DNA of 64,000 bases, taken from the NCBI RefSeq assembly GCF_006345805.1, contig NC_042998.1:193626001-193690000 (forward strand), given 5' to 3'. This document shows positions 14,223 to 29,502 of the stretch, piece by piece (position 1 is the first letter of the stretch; every line of letters starts with the position of its first letter). The notes beneath the pieces are model-generated. The model searched no databases, was not told where the DNA came from, and saw only the letters and a program-made list of their open reading frames with translations. Made by a program: the position numbers and the translations under genes. This DNA comes from Octopus sinensis (Eukaryota).

Positions 14223-15252
14223 CAATTTAAATGCCACGGACGTTGGAATAACACAATCATATTAGGCTGGTCTGAGATTTAATATTCATTAAATTAATTC
14301 AGAGTGATTTATTGATATCTTTATTTGTATATTTGTTATTTTTCATAATTTTTTTAATAATTTATCTTAAGAAACTTTCTATCAAATATTCTCGCTTTCC
14401 TTTCAAGTATCCAATAGTTAAGGAAACTTCATTTCATCCCTACTCGTGTCGGCTGTTAAATTCCAACAGATCAACAACTTAATGACAAAAAATTGATTAT
14501 TGATCTCCTTGACGCCAATGTTGAAGCTTATTTCAGTAATTCAATACTAAGTTCCAAAGTGATTCTTCTGCTTTGTTGCATTTTGAGGTTTTTTTCTTTC
14601 TTTCTTTTCCTCAAATATTCTTTGATTTGCAGGAAACTATTTTCTTAATTGCTTCTCTCGGGTTACTGCACGGGTTATTCTTTAAATATGTATCCTAGTC
14701 ACTTACTGGTTTAAATTAATCCGCTTAGCAATGTTTGGTTTATCATTTTATTGGAATGACCCGACTTCTTCAAAGTCTCTTCCGCTTAGTTTTTGATTTT
14801 TATTTTAAAATTGATCGAATTTAATTTAAATACTATTTTCATATAAAATTAATCAATCAAAAAATTTTCATTTTGAATCATGTTTCATTGTTACTATTTA
14901 TCTTCTCAAACTTGAGGCGCCCTATATTTTAAAGCAATAGTAAGTCTCACTTGTAACACATGGATTACACATAAAACAACTACTGAACCAGTTCAATGTA
15001 AACTAAACTTCCTCGTACTCTGCTCTACAATACGAGAACAGGGTAAAGTGCACAAGTCAAGACATTACTAATATAATTAGTGTTAACGAATAAATTTGTT
15101 TAATGGCATCACGTATGTTAGCAGTTCTTAATATGTTTTCCATGCAGATGGTGCTACTGAGAAATTTTGAAGGACCATTATGTTATGATCAGGCATCAAA
15201 TCATTTACATTTCCGTACATACGTTTCGTAATTCTCATATCACTATCGTGAC

Positions 15253-16092
15253 ACACATGCATACATACATGCATGCATACATGCATACATACATACATAC
15301 ATAGATACATACATACATACATACATGCATACATACATACATGCATACATACATACATACATACATACATGCATACATACATACATACATACATACATAC
15401 ATAATACATACATACATACATTCATACATACATACATACATACATGCATGCATACATACATACATACATACATACATGCATACATACATACATGCATACA
15501 TACATACATACATACATACATACATACATACATACATACATGCATACATACATACATGCATACATACATACATACATACATACATGCATACATACATACA
15601 TACATACATACATACATAATACATACATACATTCATACATACATACATACATACATACAAACATACATACATACATACATACATACATACATACATACAT
15701 ACATACATACAAACATACATACATACATACATACATGCATACATACATACATACATACATACATACATACATACATACATTCATACATACATACATACAT
15801 GTATACATGCATACATACATACATGTATACATACATACATACATACATACATGCATAATACATACATACATACATACATACATACATGCATGCATGCATG
15901 CATGCATGCATACATAATACATACAACATACATACAATACATACATACATACATGCATACATACATACATACATACATACATGCATACATACATACATAC
16001 ATACATACATGCATGCATGCATGCATGCATGCATGCATACATACATACATACATACATACATACATACATACATACACACATACATACATAC
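15253..16092. repeat. Long (CATA)n/(CATG)n array, contiguous with RTE 3' end
   Basis: Seen directly. Confidence 0.95.
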
Positions 16093-16620
16093 ATGATGGC
16101 TGCCCCCTCGTTATCGAGTATGGCCATTGCACGAAGCTTAACTGTTACTGGTGCTGTGATCGAATGTGACTTTTTAGCCCAGCCAAAGATCTACAATGTC
16201 TTGTGCAGAATTGGCAGCTAAAACCTTTACCGGCTATAGTTGTTACTGGGCTGCATGTCGTTTAAGTCCTCCTGCCAAATTACACTCTCTTCCACATACC
16301 CGACAGATATGATTAGTATGGTGTGTTACACCACCACCAGTGGCCAGGTTGTCACTCATCTGTCTCGCTTTATGACTATGAAGATGACTCTTGAGTCCAG
16401 CTTTACTGAGGCAGGGTCTTACACAGACACTGCATGTCAGCATCATAGGAAGACCCTTCTCATCTGGAAGTGTAACAGCGATGCCCTTCCTGACATCCTT
16501 CCTTACTTTCTCATGTGCTACTCGAGATTTCTCAAAAGTGGCTGTCCCCGAGTGCACAATCCTTTTCCACCTGCTACGATCAATAGCTATGCCTTCCCAT
16601 GTGTCAGGAGAGATGCAAGC
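16093..16620 (-). mobile_element. 5'-truncated RTE-clade LINE 3' end (ORF C-terminus with two C2H2 fingers)
   Basis: WEGIAIDRSRWKRIVHSG; CSVC..CLSKAGLKSHLHSH; CRVC..CNLAGGLKRH; ends in an (ATGT)n tail. Confidence 0.85.
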
Positions 16621-16661
16621 ATACATACATACATACATACATACATACATACATACATACA

Positions 16662-16695
<34 letters not shown>

Positions 16696-17832
16696 CTTAC
16701 GTACATATTAGAGGGTAACGTATGAAACTCATGTCAATCTTTCCTAGAAATGGAAGAGTTATATTCTTTTGCATGGCAGAGTATTGTAAGCCACGCCTAC
16801 TACTATATTCGAACATGGATAGTGCCACATTATAATTCTTAACTCTAAGCTTAAGTGAAGACCACAAAGCCGTTGGACAAAATCAAAACAAATTCTTCTT
16901 TGGCAGTTGAATCCGACAAAAAGCAATTATTTCTTATCTAAATGCTGTTACTTCTAAGTCTATTCAAAATACGAAGCAAATGAAAGGAACAAATAATAAA
17001 AATATATGAGCTATAAGCATGTATAGAGCGTTTATCTACTGTTGCATGTCGATCAATTTTATATTATTTGAACATATTCAAAATCCGACCTAACTAAAAG
17101 TATACATACTCGTAGAAACCAACAGAAAAGCAAATGCTCCTTGTTTTTTCAACATATTTGAAATTTTGAGAATAAATACCGATCATAGAGCATAAAATGG
17201 AACATTCTTTCGAACGTAAAACCATGTACTGAAAATTTAAAATAACCTGCAACTTATGCACCGCAAATACTCGTCTGTCAAAACCTCTTCAACGGACTTT
17301 CTAAAAGAACTTCCTATTGCCACTGCATTATCTGAACACAAGTTATGTTAAACTGCATACATGCCTTCATATATAAATTATTATCTATATTGCGAGGATC
17401 TATTTTAATAGGCCTAAATTGTTATTCAGCTTCGCTATCCAGCTTCGACCACCATTAGACTTTAAGTACTTTTACTTTCTCTTCTGCTCAAAAATACTTT
17501 TTCCTCTGCTTTATGTCCACATGTACCTCTTTGACCAAACTATAAGAATATGTACAAATGATCTTGTTTTCATAGTCATTACCTGATCCATAGCTACAAA
17601 CAAATACATAAGGACTGATTCTCCAACCCTCGCAAATTTTCTTGTTCATTAATGCTCTACTATGTTTGAGCTGATACATCATTTTCTTTTGGTTTACTTT
17701 ATTATAGAGGAATATACCTCCTATTCAGTCACTCTTCATTCCATATAGGTTCTTGTTCCCAGATATATCCGGGTCCATGCATATATCTAAGTATGTGTAC
17801 GAACGAATGATTAAGCCACCGTCCGTAGCCTG

Positions 17833-18267
17833 AATAATCCTTTCTACTATAGGCACAAGGCCTGAATCGTTGGGGGAGGAGGCTAGTCGATAATATCGAC
17901 CACAATACTCAACTGGTACTTATTTTATCAACTCCGAAAGGATGGAAGGCAAAGTGGACCTCGGTGGCTTTTGAACTTAGAACGTAAAAGACGAACGCTA
18001 AGCATTTTGCTCAGAGTGCTAACGATTCTGCCAGCTTGCCGCCCTAATAATAATAATCCTTTCTACTATAGGCACAAGGCCTGAATCGTTATCGTTGGGG
18101 GAGGAGGCTAGTCGATAATATCGACCACAATACTCAACTGGTACTTATTTTATCGACTCCGAAAGGTTGAAAGGCAAAGTCAACCTCGGCGGAATTTGAA
18201 CTCAGAACGGACGAAATGCTGGTTAGCATTTTTCCCGACGTGCTAACTATTCTGCCAGCTCGCTGCC
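17833..18267 (-). mobile_element. Two tandem copies of a SINE A-related subfamily with a different 3' tail
   Basis: Family A head and body; tail CAGGCCTTGTGCCTATAGTAGAAAGGATTATT; copies ~17833-18043 and ~18050-18267. Confidence 0.8.
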
Positions 18268-18429
18268 TTGATCGTTGTCTTAATGAGTGACTTTTTGTTT
18301 CCCTGCAAAGATAGGTTTTGTGAAATGATTTGAAATTAATTTTAAATAAATATTACAGATCTTCTGTTTTCTAGTGATATTTAACATACTAGTCTCCAAA
18401 TAGTATGTTTATAAAGATATATAGTTCAA

Positions 18430-18605
18430 ATTTACAGAAAACAAAAGACGAAGACAGGTGAGGGTGCAACGAGCAATAGTATAAATTTAACGCTGGGGAA
18501 GAATGGAAAAGTCGTTAACATTTCGAGTCTACGCTCTTCGACACAGATAGAGATGACAGGAAAGCAATAGAGAGAGGACAAAAAAATGGAAAGAGAAAAA
18601 GTGTA
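18430..18605 (-). mobile_element. Degenerate Penelope-like fragment with eroded HHR motif (~18511-18544)
   Basis: Reverse strand GTGTCGA-A-GAGC-GTAG-ACTC-GAAA-TG-TT; flanks match the 11770-12025 family. Confidence 0.5.
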
Positions 18606-19045
18606 TAAGGATATATATACTGTTCAATTTAGTTCCCGCATAAACATAGTTACCCGCATAATTAATCTACATACAAACAAAACCAGTTCAAGGAAACTAT
18701 TTCTCTCCTCTTACAAACACCACCTAATTATAGCCACATTAAAGTACATTAGCAACTTTTTCTAGCGAAAATACAGCAAGCTTAAAATCTTATAATTAGA
18801 TGGCAGAAGCCAACCTACCACCACCCTTGACAATCGAACCTATTGTTTATTGTTTTTAATATAAAATTAATCAATACACTCGTGAAGTTCCTTTCAAAAT
18901 AATGCAAAACTGTTCTATGTAACTGTTTATATTGTTTCTGGCTTATGATATACGAACAGATTCTTACTCTTTCTGTTGATGACTGGCGAACTCCATTTTG
19001 AAGAGAGAAATTTTGCATTTGTTGCCTTCTCTTTTCAAGAGAACA

Positions 19046-19228
19046 GTGTGTGTGTGTGTGTGCTTGTGTGTGTGTGTGTGTGTGCTTGTGTTTGTGTGTG
19101 TATGTGTCTGTGTGTGTGCGCTTGTGTGTGTGTGTTTTGTGTGTGTGAGTATTTGTGTGAATGTGTTTGTGTGTGTGTGTTTGTGTGTGTGTGTTTGTGT
19201 GTGGTGTGTGTATGTTTGTGTGTGTGTA

Positions 19229-19284
<56 letters not shown>

Positions 19285-19305
19285 TGTGTGCGTGCTTGCA
19301 TGTGC
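19046..19305. repeat. Degenerate (TG)n array
   Basis: Seen directly. Confidence 0.95.
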
Positions 19306-19364
19306 AGAGAGATACAGAGGAAGAGAGAAAAGGGGAAAGAGAAACTTAGTGAAAAATATTGATT

Positions 19365-19840
19365 TTGACACAAGACCAGTAAATTCGGGGAAGGGGTAAG
19401 TCGATTATATCGACCCCAGTGTTCAAGTGGTACTCATTTTATCAACGCCGAAAGGATGAAAGGCAAAGTCGACCTCGGCGGAATTTGAACATAGAGACGG
19501 ACGATATGCCGCTAAGCATTTGGCCCGGAGCAGATACGATTCTGCCAGATCGCCGCCTTGACTTAGCTACACTGTTATTTGGAATCGAGGATAGCTTAAT
19601 AAAATATACCTATTTCTTTACTACCCACAAGGAGCTAAACACAGAGAGGACAAGCAAGGACAGACAAACGGATTAAGTCGATTATATCGATCCCAGTGTG
19701 TGACTGGTACTTAATTTATCGACCCCGAAAGGATGAAAGGCAAAGTCGACCTCGACGGAATTTGAACTCAGAACGCAGCGGCGGACGAAATATCACAAAG
19801 CATTTCGCCCGGCGTGCTAACGTTTCTGCCAGCTCGCCGC
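19365..19840 (-). mobile_element. Two adjacent SINE A-type copies (~19365-19557 and 19611-19840)
   Basis: Family A motifs. Confidence 0.85.
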
Positions 19841-19899
19841 TGTGACATGATTCTGTCAAAAGTTTTCGAGCAGACATGGACACCTCACACACTCACACA

Positions 19900-20087
19900 C
19901 ACTTACCCGTAATTCATGGGAGTGAGTAAGAGGAATGCACCAGCTTTGCGTGGGAGGCCGGTCAAATGAAGCAACGAGAAACGAAGTGCCTTGCACAAGG
20001 ACACGAAGCGCCACCCTCTGCAGGAATCGAACCTATGACAGAAAGACTATGAACCCTACAACCTAACCACTTGGCTGCTAGCGTTCA
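19900..20087 (-). mobile_element. Old tRNA-headed SINE
   Basis: A-box AGCCAAGTGG, B-box GGTTCGATTCC, then GTGTCCTTGTGCAAGGCACTT. Confidence 0.55.
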
Positions 20088-20639
20088 CTATTGGAATTAG
20101 TGCAGTGAATTAATGATTCAGAGACAAAAATCTGCTTTATTAACACAAGAGGATTATAATGAAGTTTAATTAAATATTATTTTGGTATATTTAAATCAGT
20201 GCTATTTTTTTATGAAGTATTAAAAATATCACTAAAAATATTAATGCGGTGGAGAAAAAAACAATCTTATTCAATGGCAAAATATTATTTTAACTATTTC
20301 TGCAATCATGCGAAACAAGTTGAAACATTTTTCACTCTTATAATTTCATCATCAAAATATATATGCCAAAGCAGTAGTCGTAAATGTGATAGATTGTACA
20401 CCAGTTTAACATAGAAGAACAGAATTGTTTTGTGAACAAACGGTGTATAAATACATTTGTATCATACATTTGACGATGTTTTGAAATATTGCCATTATTG
20501 CAGGATCGAACTAATTTCATCTGTTTATCCAAATTATCTTGGTTTAAAATGATTCTATTTCCAGTTCATTTTTGTACAACGAACGTTAGATAGATGTCTC
20601 AAAACAATTAGTTGTGGAATCACAGCATCAAGTGACACT

Positions 20640-20930
20640 GAAAAGGTGCTTGTATGTCTGAATGTATTTTTACACTGTAGCCTTTCTAATGATTGTTGAC
20701 AATATGGAGTCTATGATCTTCAAGTAAAGGTCGTCGTCGACTCATTTTGTCTCCAAATTATTCAGTCACAGACGTTATCGCATTTAAACAGAAACGACTA
20801 TTGTGAAGGTCATCGTTCATTGCAGTACACTTCACAGTACATCTTCTCTATGGCCTCGCCTAGGTCCCTCAACTCCTACAGGAGTTGTAGAGGTGTTGTC
20901 ATGACAAACAGCGAATCTTCAACATTATTG
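20640..20930 (-). pseudogene. Possible Tc1/mariner transposase C-terminal remnant
   Basis: HDN and *PSQ*SFLFKCDNVCD resemble the WPxxSPDLNPIENxW region; heavily decayed. Confidence 0.35.
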
Positions 20931-21095
20931 TTTACTTGACGAAGTCCATCTCTTGTCAGGAGTGAACACAATTTATTCTAGAAAGACATGCAGAAATATT
21001 GCAAGCAGAAAAACCAAGACAAGCAAAAAATCCATAATACGAAGTTGACACCAGTAATGTTTGAAATTTGAACGCTGAGAAGTAGAACGTATGCT

Positions 21096-21511
21096 TATTT
21101 CTTTACTACCCACAAGGGGCAAAATACAGAGGGGACAAACAAGGGCAGACAAACGGATTAAGTCGATTATATTGACCCCAGTGCGTAACTGGTACTTATT
21201 TAATAGATCCCGAAAGGATGAAAGGCAAAGTCGACCTCGGCGGAATTTGAACTCAGAACGTAACGGTAGACGAAATATCTATTTCTTTACTACCTACGAG
21301 GGGCTAAACACAGAGAGGACAAACAAGGACAGACAAACGGATTAAGTCGATTACATAGACCCCAGTAAGTGGGACTTATTTAATCGACCCCGATTAAAAG
21401 GATGAAAAGCAAAGTCGACCTCGGCGGAATTTGAACTCAGAACGTAACGGCAGACGAAATACGGCTACGCATTTCGCCCGGCCTGCTTAACGTTTCTGCC
21501 AGCTCGCCGCC
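21096..21511 (-). mobile_element. SINE family A dimer with degenerate TSD
   Basis: GTAGAACGTATGCT (21082-21095) and GTAGGACGTATACC (21514-21527). Confidence 0.85.
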
Positions 21512-22269
21512 TTGTAGGACGTATACCGTAAGACGAACTATCCAATGCTCTAACAATTCAGAAAATTTGCCGCGAATAAAAAAGCTATACTGAGCCGTAA
21601 AGAAATGTGTCCAACCTTTCTATAACCACAGTGATTGAACAATAACCATTATAAAAATAGTTAAACATCTATGTGTATATGTATTATGTATGTGTGCGGA
21701 TATATGAATGCATGAATAATCGTATGAAAATTTCCAGTTAACAATGTATCAAACCTCCTGTGATATAAATCTGGGACTATGATAATATAAAATTCAAAAG
21801 TTAGCTAGGGCATAAACAATTTAAACGGAAAGAAAACATCAACTTTTTATTCCGGTCTAATGAAGATTTCGTAGAAAGGTCCCATGGGAAATGATTTTGT
21901 TGGTCGTTTTGAGAAGGAAATTTCTTGTGAATAAAAAACGTAATTTGTAAAACAATGAAAAATATCTATAATATATATTTTAAATATTCATCAAATTACA
22001 CTTTCCTTTATATCAACAGTATATCAAGGTGTCAGTATTTACATTATATTCGTCTCAATCACACGATAAACACCACCTGTGAGAGAATATTTTAGCTGCC
22101 TTTTGGGTGAAATTTACCCTATATCAGGCTTCTTTCCAATAAATCAGTGATGTGTCCTGTAGCTACGAATATTGTCTGAGAATTATCGACCTCATTTTCT
22201 TTAGCTATGGGTGTATTTCTGGCTACTACCTAGTGCCATGACTATGTTGACGATAATAACAACGTTGGT

Positions 22270-22314
22270 GGTGATGGCGATGATGATGACGATGATGATG
22301 ATGATGATGATGAC

Positions 22315-22386
<72 letters not shown>

Positions 22387-22819
22387 GGTGGTGGTGGTGG
22401 TGGTGGTGGTGGTGGTGGTGGTGGAGCAGTGGTGTGTAAGGATAACGGGGATTGGGTGTCGACGTCGAGTGATAGAGGAGGTCGTCTAATTACATTCCTA
22501 AAGTAAATGGACCAGAAGAAGAAGAAGAAGAAGAAACAACAACAACAACAGCAACAACAACAAGACGAAGAAGAAGAAGAGAAGAAGAAGAAGAAGAAGA
22601 AGAAGAGAAGAAGAAGAAGAGAAGAAGAAGAAGAAGAAGAAAAACAACAACAACAACAACAAGACGAAGAAGAAGAAGAAGAAGAAGAAGAAGAAGACGA
22701 AGAAGAAGAAAAACAACAACAACAACAAGACGAAGAAGAAGAAGAAGAAGAAGAAGAAGAAGCGTATCTGAGGAAAAATTACTATTGCAACTACTACTAC
22801 TACTCCTACTACTACTCCA

Positions 22820-22861
<42 letters not shown>

Positions 22862-22862
22862 G
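22270..22862. repeat. Trinucleotide repeat cluster (GAT, GGT, AAG/AAC, TAC)
   Basis: Seen directly; a (CAA)n-GAC-(GAA)n block recurs three times. Confidence 0.9.
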
Positions 22863-23299
22863 GTATTCTTTTATGTGGCCTAGCCTTCCGAAGTGATTAT
22901 GGTGTTGATATAAATGGTAATTACGATACCGTCTTTCACAGGAGAAATGATGATGGTGCAACATTGCAGCCATTTGCTTCAGGCGAAAGAGAGGCAGACG
23001 ACAAGATAAAGTAGTAGCCATTATAAAATATTTAAAAAGAAGAAAAAAACGCATATATATAAATCAACAAATATTGACTTTTTTCTCTTCTTATGACACC
23101 GACCAGCAAATAAATATTTTGCTACATGGTACAGCAATCAGACTGGATGGTGGTGGGATCCTGTTGTTAAGGACGTGACAGACTTGTTTTCAATAATTTC
23201 GTGTGAGAAGCTTGTGTTTCATGTATAGCCAATATCATTTTCTGTGGAGGTTTTTTTTTTTTTGTTTTTAGCAAGATAGTGAAGAAAATCAACACACGC

Positions 23300-23885
<586 letters not shown>

Positions 23886-24562
23886 TATTTGTGTGTCCAT
23901 TTGTATATTATGTATATGTATAGTGGGAGACAGAGAGACAGAAAGAGAGTGATGCAGCGAGGGAGGGAGTGGGTGGTAAGGAAATGGTATTCAATCGTTC
24001 CAGACATTATGCTATCGTTGATGCACGAAAATGTTGGTGTGTTTTTTTGCTTTTGTTTTTTTATTTCAACATATCCGCTGCCGTGTGATAAGGAACATCA
24101 GAGAAATGCTACAAAGCTAAGTAAAGATGGAAATACCGAAGAACAATACCGAAAAGAAATAACGAAAGAAACATGTTGAATTAACATTAAAAAAATGGAA
24201 GACTTGATTCTTGCTGGAGATAATATAACAGTTTCTGATGTGTTATCTACGCAACAAATGCGCTTCTGTTCACATATACATATAGTCTTATACATTGTTC
24301 GAATAGCTTCAATATTTGTATATAAATATAGAGCTTTTGTTCAGGAATTGCAAATTGATCTCACTTACAAAGTACAGAAAGCTGAAAGAAATGAGTTGTT
24401 AAAGCCAGACGTACTTTTCGGCATATATTTCAATCATTATCAATCATAATCACTATAACTGCAAACATTTTACTGATACGTGTAAATATATTATCATTTA
24501 TAGCTACGGATCTTGCACGAGTTCAAATGAATACATCTATAGTATATTGTCTCTAATTTTTT

Positions 24563-24652
<90 letters not shown>

Positions 24653-24661
24653 GTGTGTATG

Positions 24662-24698
<37 letters not shown>

Positions 24699-25315
24699 AC
24701 TGACACACATATGTCTATAAAGTAAATATGGTCCATATGTACACTACCAAAGTTTTGAGTAATCCTTCAGTAATGTTACATTATCTTTGTTTTAAATCGG
24801 TAAAAAAAAAACTAACATTGATATATGTATGTATATTTGTGTATTCATGTATATATGCATGTGTGCATAGCTAGGTAGCTAGACAGAGAGAAAGAGAGAG
24901 AGTGAGAAAGAGAGTAGTTTATGGGTTCCATCCCAGACAACTAAGTCTCTAAAAAAGTACGCACTACAAGACAGAATAGTATTTATATAAATGAATAATT
25001 GACAGTTATGCAAATAATTTAATACTATTATATCTCTTCAAAAGTATACATCTTTAAAAGTACACTGGCAGAGAAAGTGTTGTGCACCTGTAAGGTATTA
25101 GTATTATACATACATACTCGCATACACACATACACATATACATACATATAGGTATATGTGTGTGTGTGTGTGTGTGTGTGCACGCGTGTGTGTGTGTGCA
25201 CGCGTGTGTGTGTGTGCACGCGTGTGTGTGTGTGCATATATAGCATATTTCTCTAATTTGTGTATATATACATGTGCATGTATGCATATGAGGGTGTGCA
25301 TATATATATATAGAG

Positions 25316-25384
<69 letters not shown>

Positions 25385-25396
25385 AAGAGAGAGAGA

Positions 25397-25748
25397 GGCA
25401 TAGCTATGTGGTGAGTAGCTTGCTTCCCAATCACATAGTTCCGGGGTTCAGTCCCACTGCGTGGAATCTTAGGCAACTGTCTTCTACTATAGCTTCGAAC
25501 CGACCAAAGCCTTGTGAGCGGATTTGGTAAGACAAAAACTGAAAGAAGCCCGTCGTATGTGTGTGCATATGTGTGTGTCTGTACCTTTGTGGCTGTGTCC
25601 CCCCCCCCATCACCGCTTCACAGTCGATGTTGGTGTATGTATATCCACGTACCTAGCTGTTCGGCAAAAGAGACCGAAAGAATAGGCTTATAAAAAAAAG
25701 TCCTGGTATCGATTCATTCGACTACAACCGTTTAAGGCGGTGCTCTAG
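25397..25748 (+). mobile_element. SINE family B, diverged copy
   Basis: Matches 54139-54553. Confidence 0.8.
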
Positions 25749-26329
25749 GGTTTTAGAAAATCTTGATAAGATCAGATATGTTGCTAGCTGTTATTATTTA
25801 ATCCCGGGTTAGAACAGGGAAATAGTTGTTTGTTATTTCAAACAGATCCAATAACGGAATAGAAGCTCACTCGTTGTTGTCGCTATCGTCGTCGCCATTG
25901 GTGTTTAACCCAAAATCTACTCTAACCAAGCACACCCACGATAAAGGCGTTCCAGACATGATTATCGTCTTTTCCAACTATTTTAAGACGGCAGAGAATA
26001 GATTTGGAGGAGATTTGGCTTGCATTTTCAGCAGTCCAGTGACCACGTGGAGGCTCCCTTAATGAAATATTATCAAGAGGTTACTGTGTGACTGACTCTA
26101 TTGACTTATTTTTCTACAGTGGAGAGATTGTAAATGGAAGCTATTTTGAAATCTATTCGAAAGTGATACTAAATGGCAGGATATTATTTCTTAGGATATC
26201 TATATCACTATAAGGTTTATTCTAGCAGGAAATTCTAACGCAGATATTCCCCAGAGAAACAACAGTCCATAGAAGATATGTTATAAAATAAATATATAAA
26301 TGCATTGAACTGAGAATATTCATAGATTG

Positions 26330-26700
26330 AAAGCTGGTAACAGTTCTAGATGAAGACTGATTAAGAATAATTTGACTAGACTGATATCTTAGGAGAAAGA
26401 AATTGTTGACAGTTTCTATTGGAATTGCGTGACTGCAGATTGAAAAAGGATCAGTTTTCAGTATATTTATTCCAGTTGAATGCAGAGAGAAAGCCAGTTT
26501 TCTTGTGCTGAAAGACTGGACTTGGCTACTGAGAGCATTGATAATAAAGATAATTTTAAAAACTTTCCTAAGAAGATTAACTTCTGGAATTGGACAATTG
26601 AGAATAATCGTCGATTAACCAAACACAAAATATATTTTATTTGTACCGCTTCACTTAAAAATGATTTGGATAGCTTGGTAATTTATACCATCTTCGTCAG
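26330..26700 (+). pseudogene. Possible Merlin/IS1016-type transposase remnant
   Basis: IEKGSVFSIFIPVECREKASFLVLKDW resembles the ERGS..CF.VPV.DR..TL.II..W region; many stops. Confidence 0.35.
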
Positions 26701-28774
26701 CCGAAGTAAACATTCTAGAAATAGGATATTATTGCAAAGAAATTCATTATCATAATTTTTTCAAGACTGGCGGAATGACAGAATCATTACAGCGTCGGAC
26801 AAATTGCCAAGCTGAATATTGTCTGAAGTCGATAAAATATTTATCACGTTCTGGGGTTCGTTAAACTGATTTCACATCTTTTCAAAAGTATGTGAGTTTG
26901 TTCATTATAATATATTCATAATCAATTAGAATTAATATCAATGTGTTTTCTTAATCAAATTGCGCTCAAGTTAATATTATTGCTACAGAATCTTAGAAGA
27001 CAAAAACACTGGCAGGTCTTAACCTTTCTTTTAATAATAATATTAAGTTAAGACGAAGCATGGGAAACTGATGCCGAAAGATCATGTTTCTTTATTATTC
27101 TGTAATAGAAATTAATCTGAACTAGTACAAAACATGTTGAAAAATCATCAATTCTTATTTGCTTTCATTAATACACCGCCTCAACTTCTCCTTAAGCTAT
27201 TACTAACTTGGACTTTAAATACAAATGTTGATAAATCCATGGTGCACGCACGTCTTGCGTTCTCACGAATTGGTTTTATTGAAGCAAATAAATCTAAGAT
27301 GCAAAGTAAAACATGCACGTTTGAAGCAGACTGCATAATCAGTAAATCTTTTCTATTTCTTCACCTGTTAAATCCAACCGAAAGCAGATGTAGTAGCCTG
27401 ACCAACCGGAAACCTAGTTTTTATGCTTTTCTTAAAATTTCAAAGACTTGATTTCCTTAATTTATAATCCTCATTGCAAAGTAAAATAGAAAAAAATATA
27501 AACATCAGTACATTGTCATGTTATTTAGACCTTACTGAGCAAACCTCTGATCAAAGACGCTCCAGCCATGACCACCCGTTGTTATATTTAGACCTAGAAC
27601 ATTTCGGACAACACTAACGAACGTGTCCTTCCTTAATGGAAATTTAGCTGTTATTTCTTCACATACATTCAGGTTTCTCAGTCCTCTAGTTTATTGTAAA
27701 TTGTTGTAAAACTTTGCAAAACCGTAATAACGTCGGATATAAATGCGAGTTGTACTCAGTTACGGCCGTTCACGTCTTGAGTTCAAACCTCATAGAGGTC
27801 AATTGTGCCTTGAATATTGTGCGACACTTAACTCTCTCTACTCTTACTCTGTCTCTTTCCTCCTCTACCCTTACTCTATCTCTTTCTTCACTCTTTCTCT
27901 TTCTGCTCTTGCTTGCCTCCCTTGTACATTTCTCTTCTCTCTCTGTCTCCCTTTCTTTTTCATTCTCTCCCCCTTCCCTCTTACTATATCTCTCTCCACT
28001 TCTACTCTTACTCTACTTCTTTCTGCACTCTTACCCTTTCTTTCCACCCTTGCTTGCTTCCCTTGTAGCTTTTTCTTATCTCATTTTCACTCTGTTTCTG
28101 TAATCCTTCTATTCCTTCATCCCCCCTCTATATCTCTCTCTCTCTCTCTTCCTTCCATTCTTTCCTTCTCTCAGTACTTCCTCTTCCCTACCACGTGACC
28201 GGTGTCCAGTGAAGGCGGTGTTGTTCATTTTCGCCCTGCCTTTGACCAGACTGATCATGCTTGTATGGGCTCCTGATACGTCCTCTAGGACTTACTCCAT
28301 TTCATCTTCGCGCAACCCCACTAAGTTCGTTCGATAGCTGTAAATCTCTTTCTGTTTCATTTGTGGTACATGTATAATAATAATTTTTTCTTCTGTTGCA
28401 TATAGCCGTAAGGCTTCGTGCTGTTATACATGCATAATTCTTTGTCTGTTGTATTTATGTAATGTCTTGTTTGTTTCTGTCTTAGTATACATTCGGTAGC
28501 TTTTCCCAGCAGCTTAATAACAGCACTGTCGCCTCCAAAACTGAGTGGGCTCAATGGTAATGACGCGAAACCACTATGATATTTTGGATCATTGACTGAC
28601 GAGGAGAACTCAGCTGCGAATATTCTGTTTATCGTATCTTTGTCAAAATTTCCCCAGCCGTTAAAGTTTCGTCTAGTTTCCCGGTTGGTCTGCTTTCGTC
28701 TAACTTTTTCTCCCTGTGTTTTTCTATTAAACCTTATATATATACATATATACGTATATATTATATATATATAT

Positions 28775-28975
28775 ATAATTCAAAATGTGACCGCGTGTGT
28801 ATCGTTGGCGATTTTTTCCTCCGTCTTTCCTTCCTTGGATCTTTCCTTTTCCTATGTTTCAGACGAAGACCTCCGCTCAAAACGTTAGATCCTCCTCCTT
28901 TCTTTCCTTTCCTGAGCGTCCAATAACACTATACTTGTTCCACGTCCATGCGTTGTTGTGTTTGGATTAACTATA
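28775..28975 (+). mobile_element. Penelope-like fragment in TA tract with eroded HHR motif (28856-28890)
   Basis: CAGACGA-A-GACC-TCC-GCTC-AAAA-CG-TT; downstream TCCTGAGCG shared with the 11770-12025 family. Confidence 0.45.
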
Positions 28976-28988
28976 TATAGTTAATATA

Positions 28989-29219
28989 GGCGGTGAGCTG
29001 GCAGAAACGTTAGCACGTTGGGCGAAGTGCGCAGCCGTATTTCGTCTGTCGTTACGTTGTGAGTTCAAATTCCGCCGAGGTCGACTTTGCCTTTCATCCT
29101 TTCGGGGTCGATAAGTTAAGTACCAGTTGCCCACTGGGGTCGATGTAATCGACTTAATCCCTTTCTCTGTCCTTGTTTGTCCCTTCTATGTTTAGCCCCT
29201 TGTGGGTAGTAAAGAAATA
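28989..29219 (+). mobile_element. SINE family A, full length
   Basis: GGCGGTGAGCTGGCAGAA head to AAAGAAATA end. Confidence 0.9.
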
Positions 29220-29272
29220 TATATATATATATGTACCCTACAACTCCACTTTGTTATATATATATATGTATG

Positions 29273-29338
<66 letters not shown>

Positions 29339-29411
29339 AACAGACAGAAGCAAACAGTTAGATAGATAAATAGATTGATAGATAGATAGATAGATTGATA
29401 GATAGATAGAT

Positions 29412-29465
<54 letters not shown>

Positions 29466-29468
29466 TGG

Positions 29469-29502
<34 letters not shown>

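Noticed and set aside
22507-22896. ATG-initiated K/Q/E/Y-rich ORF
   Set aside because: Composed entirely of trinucleotide repeats; no splice or domain support.
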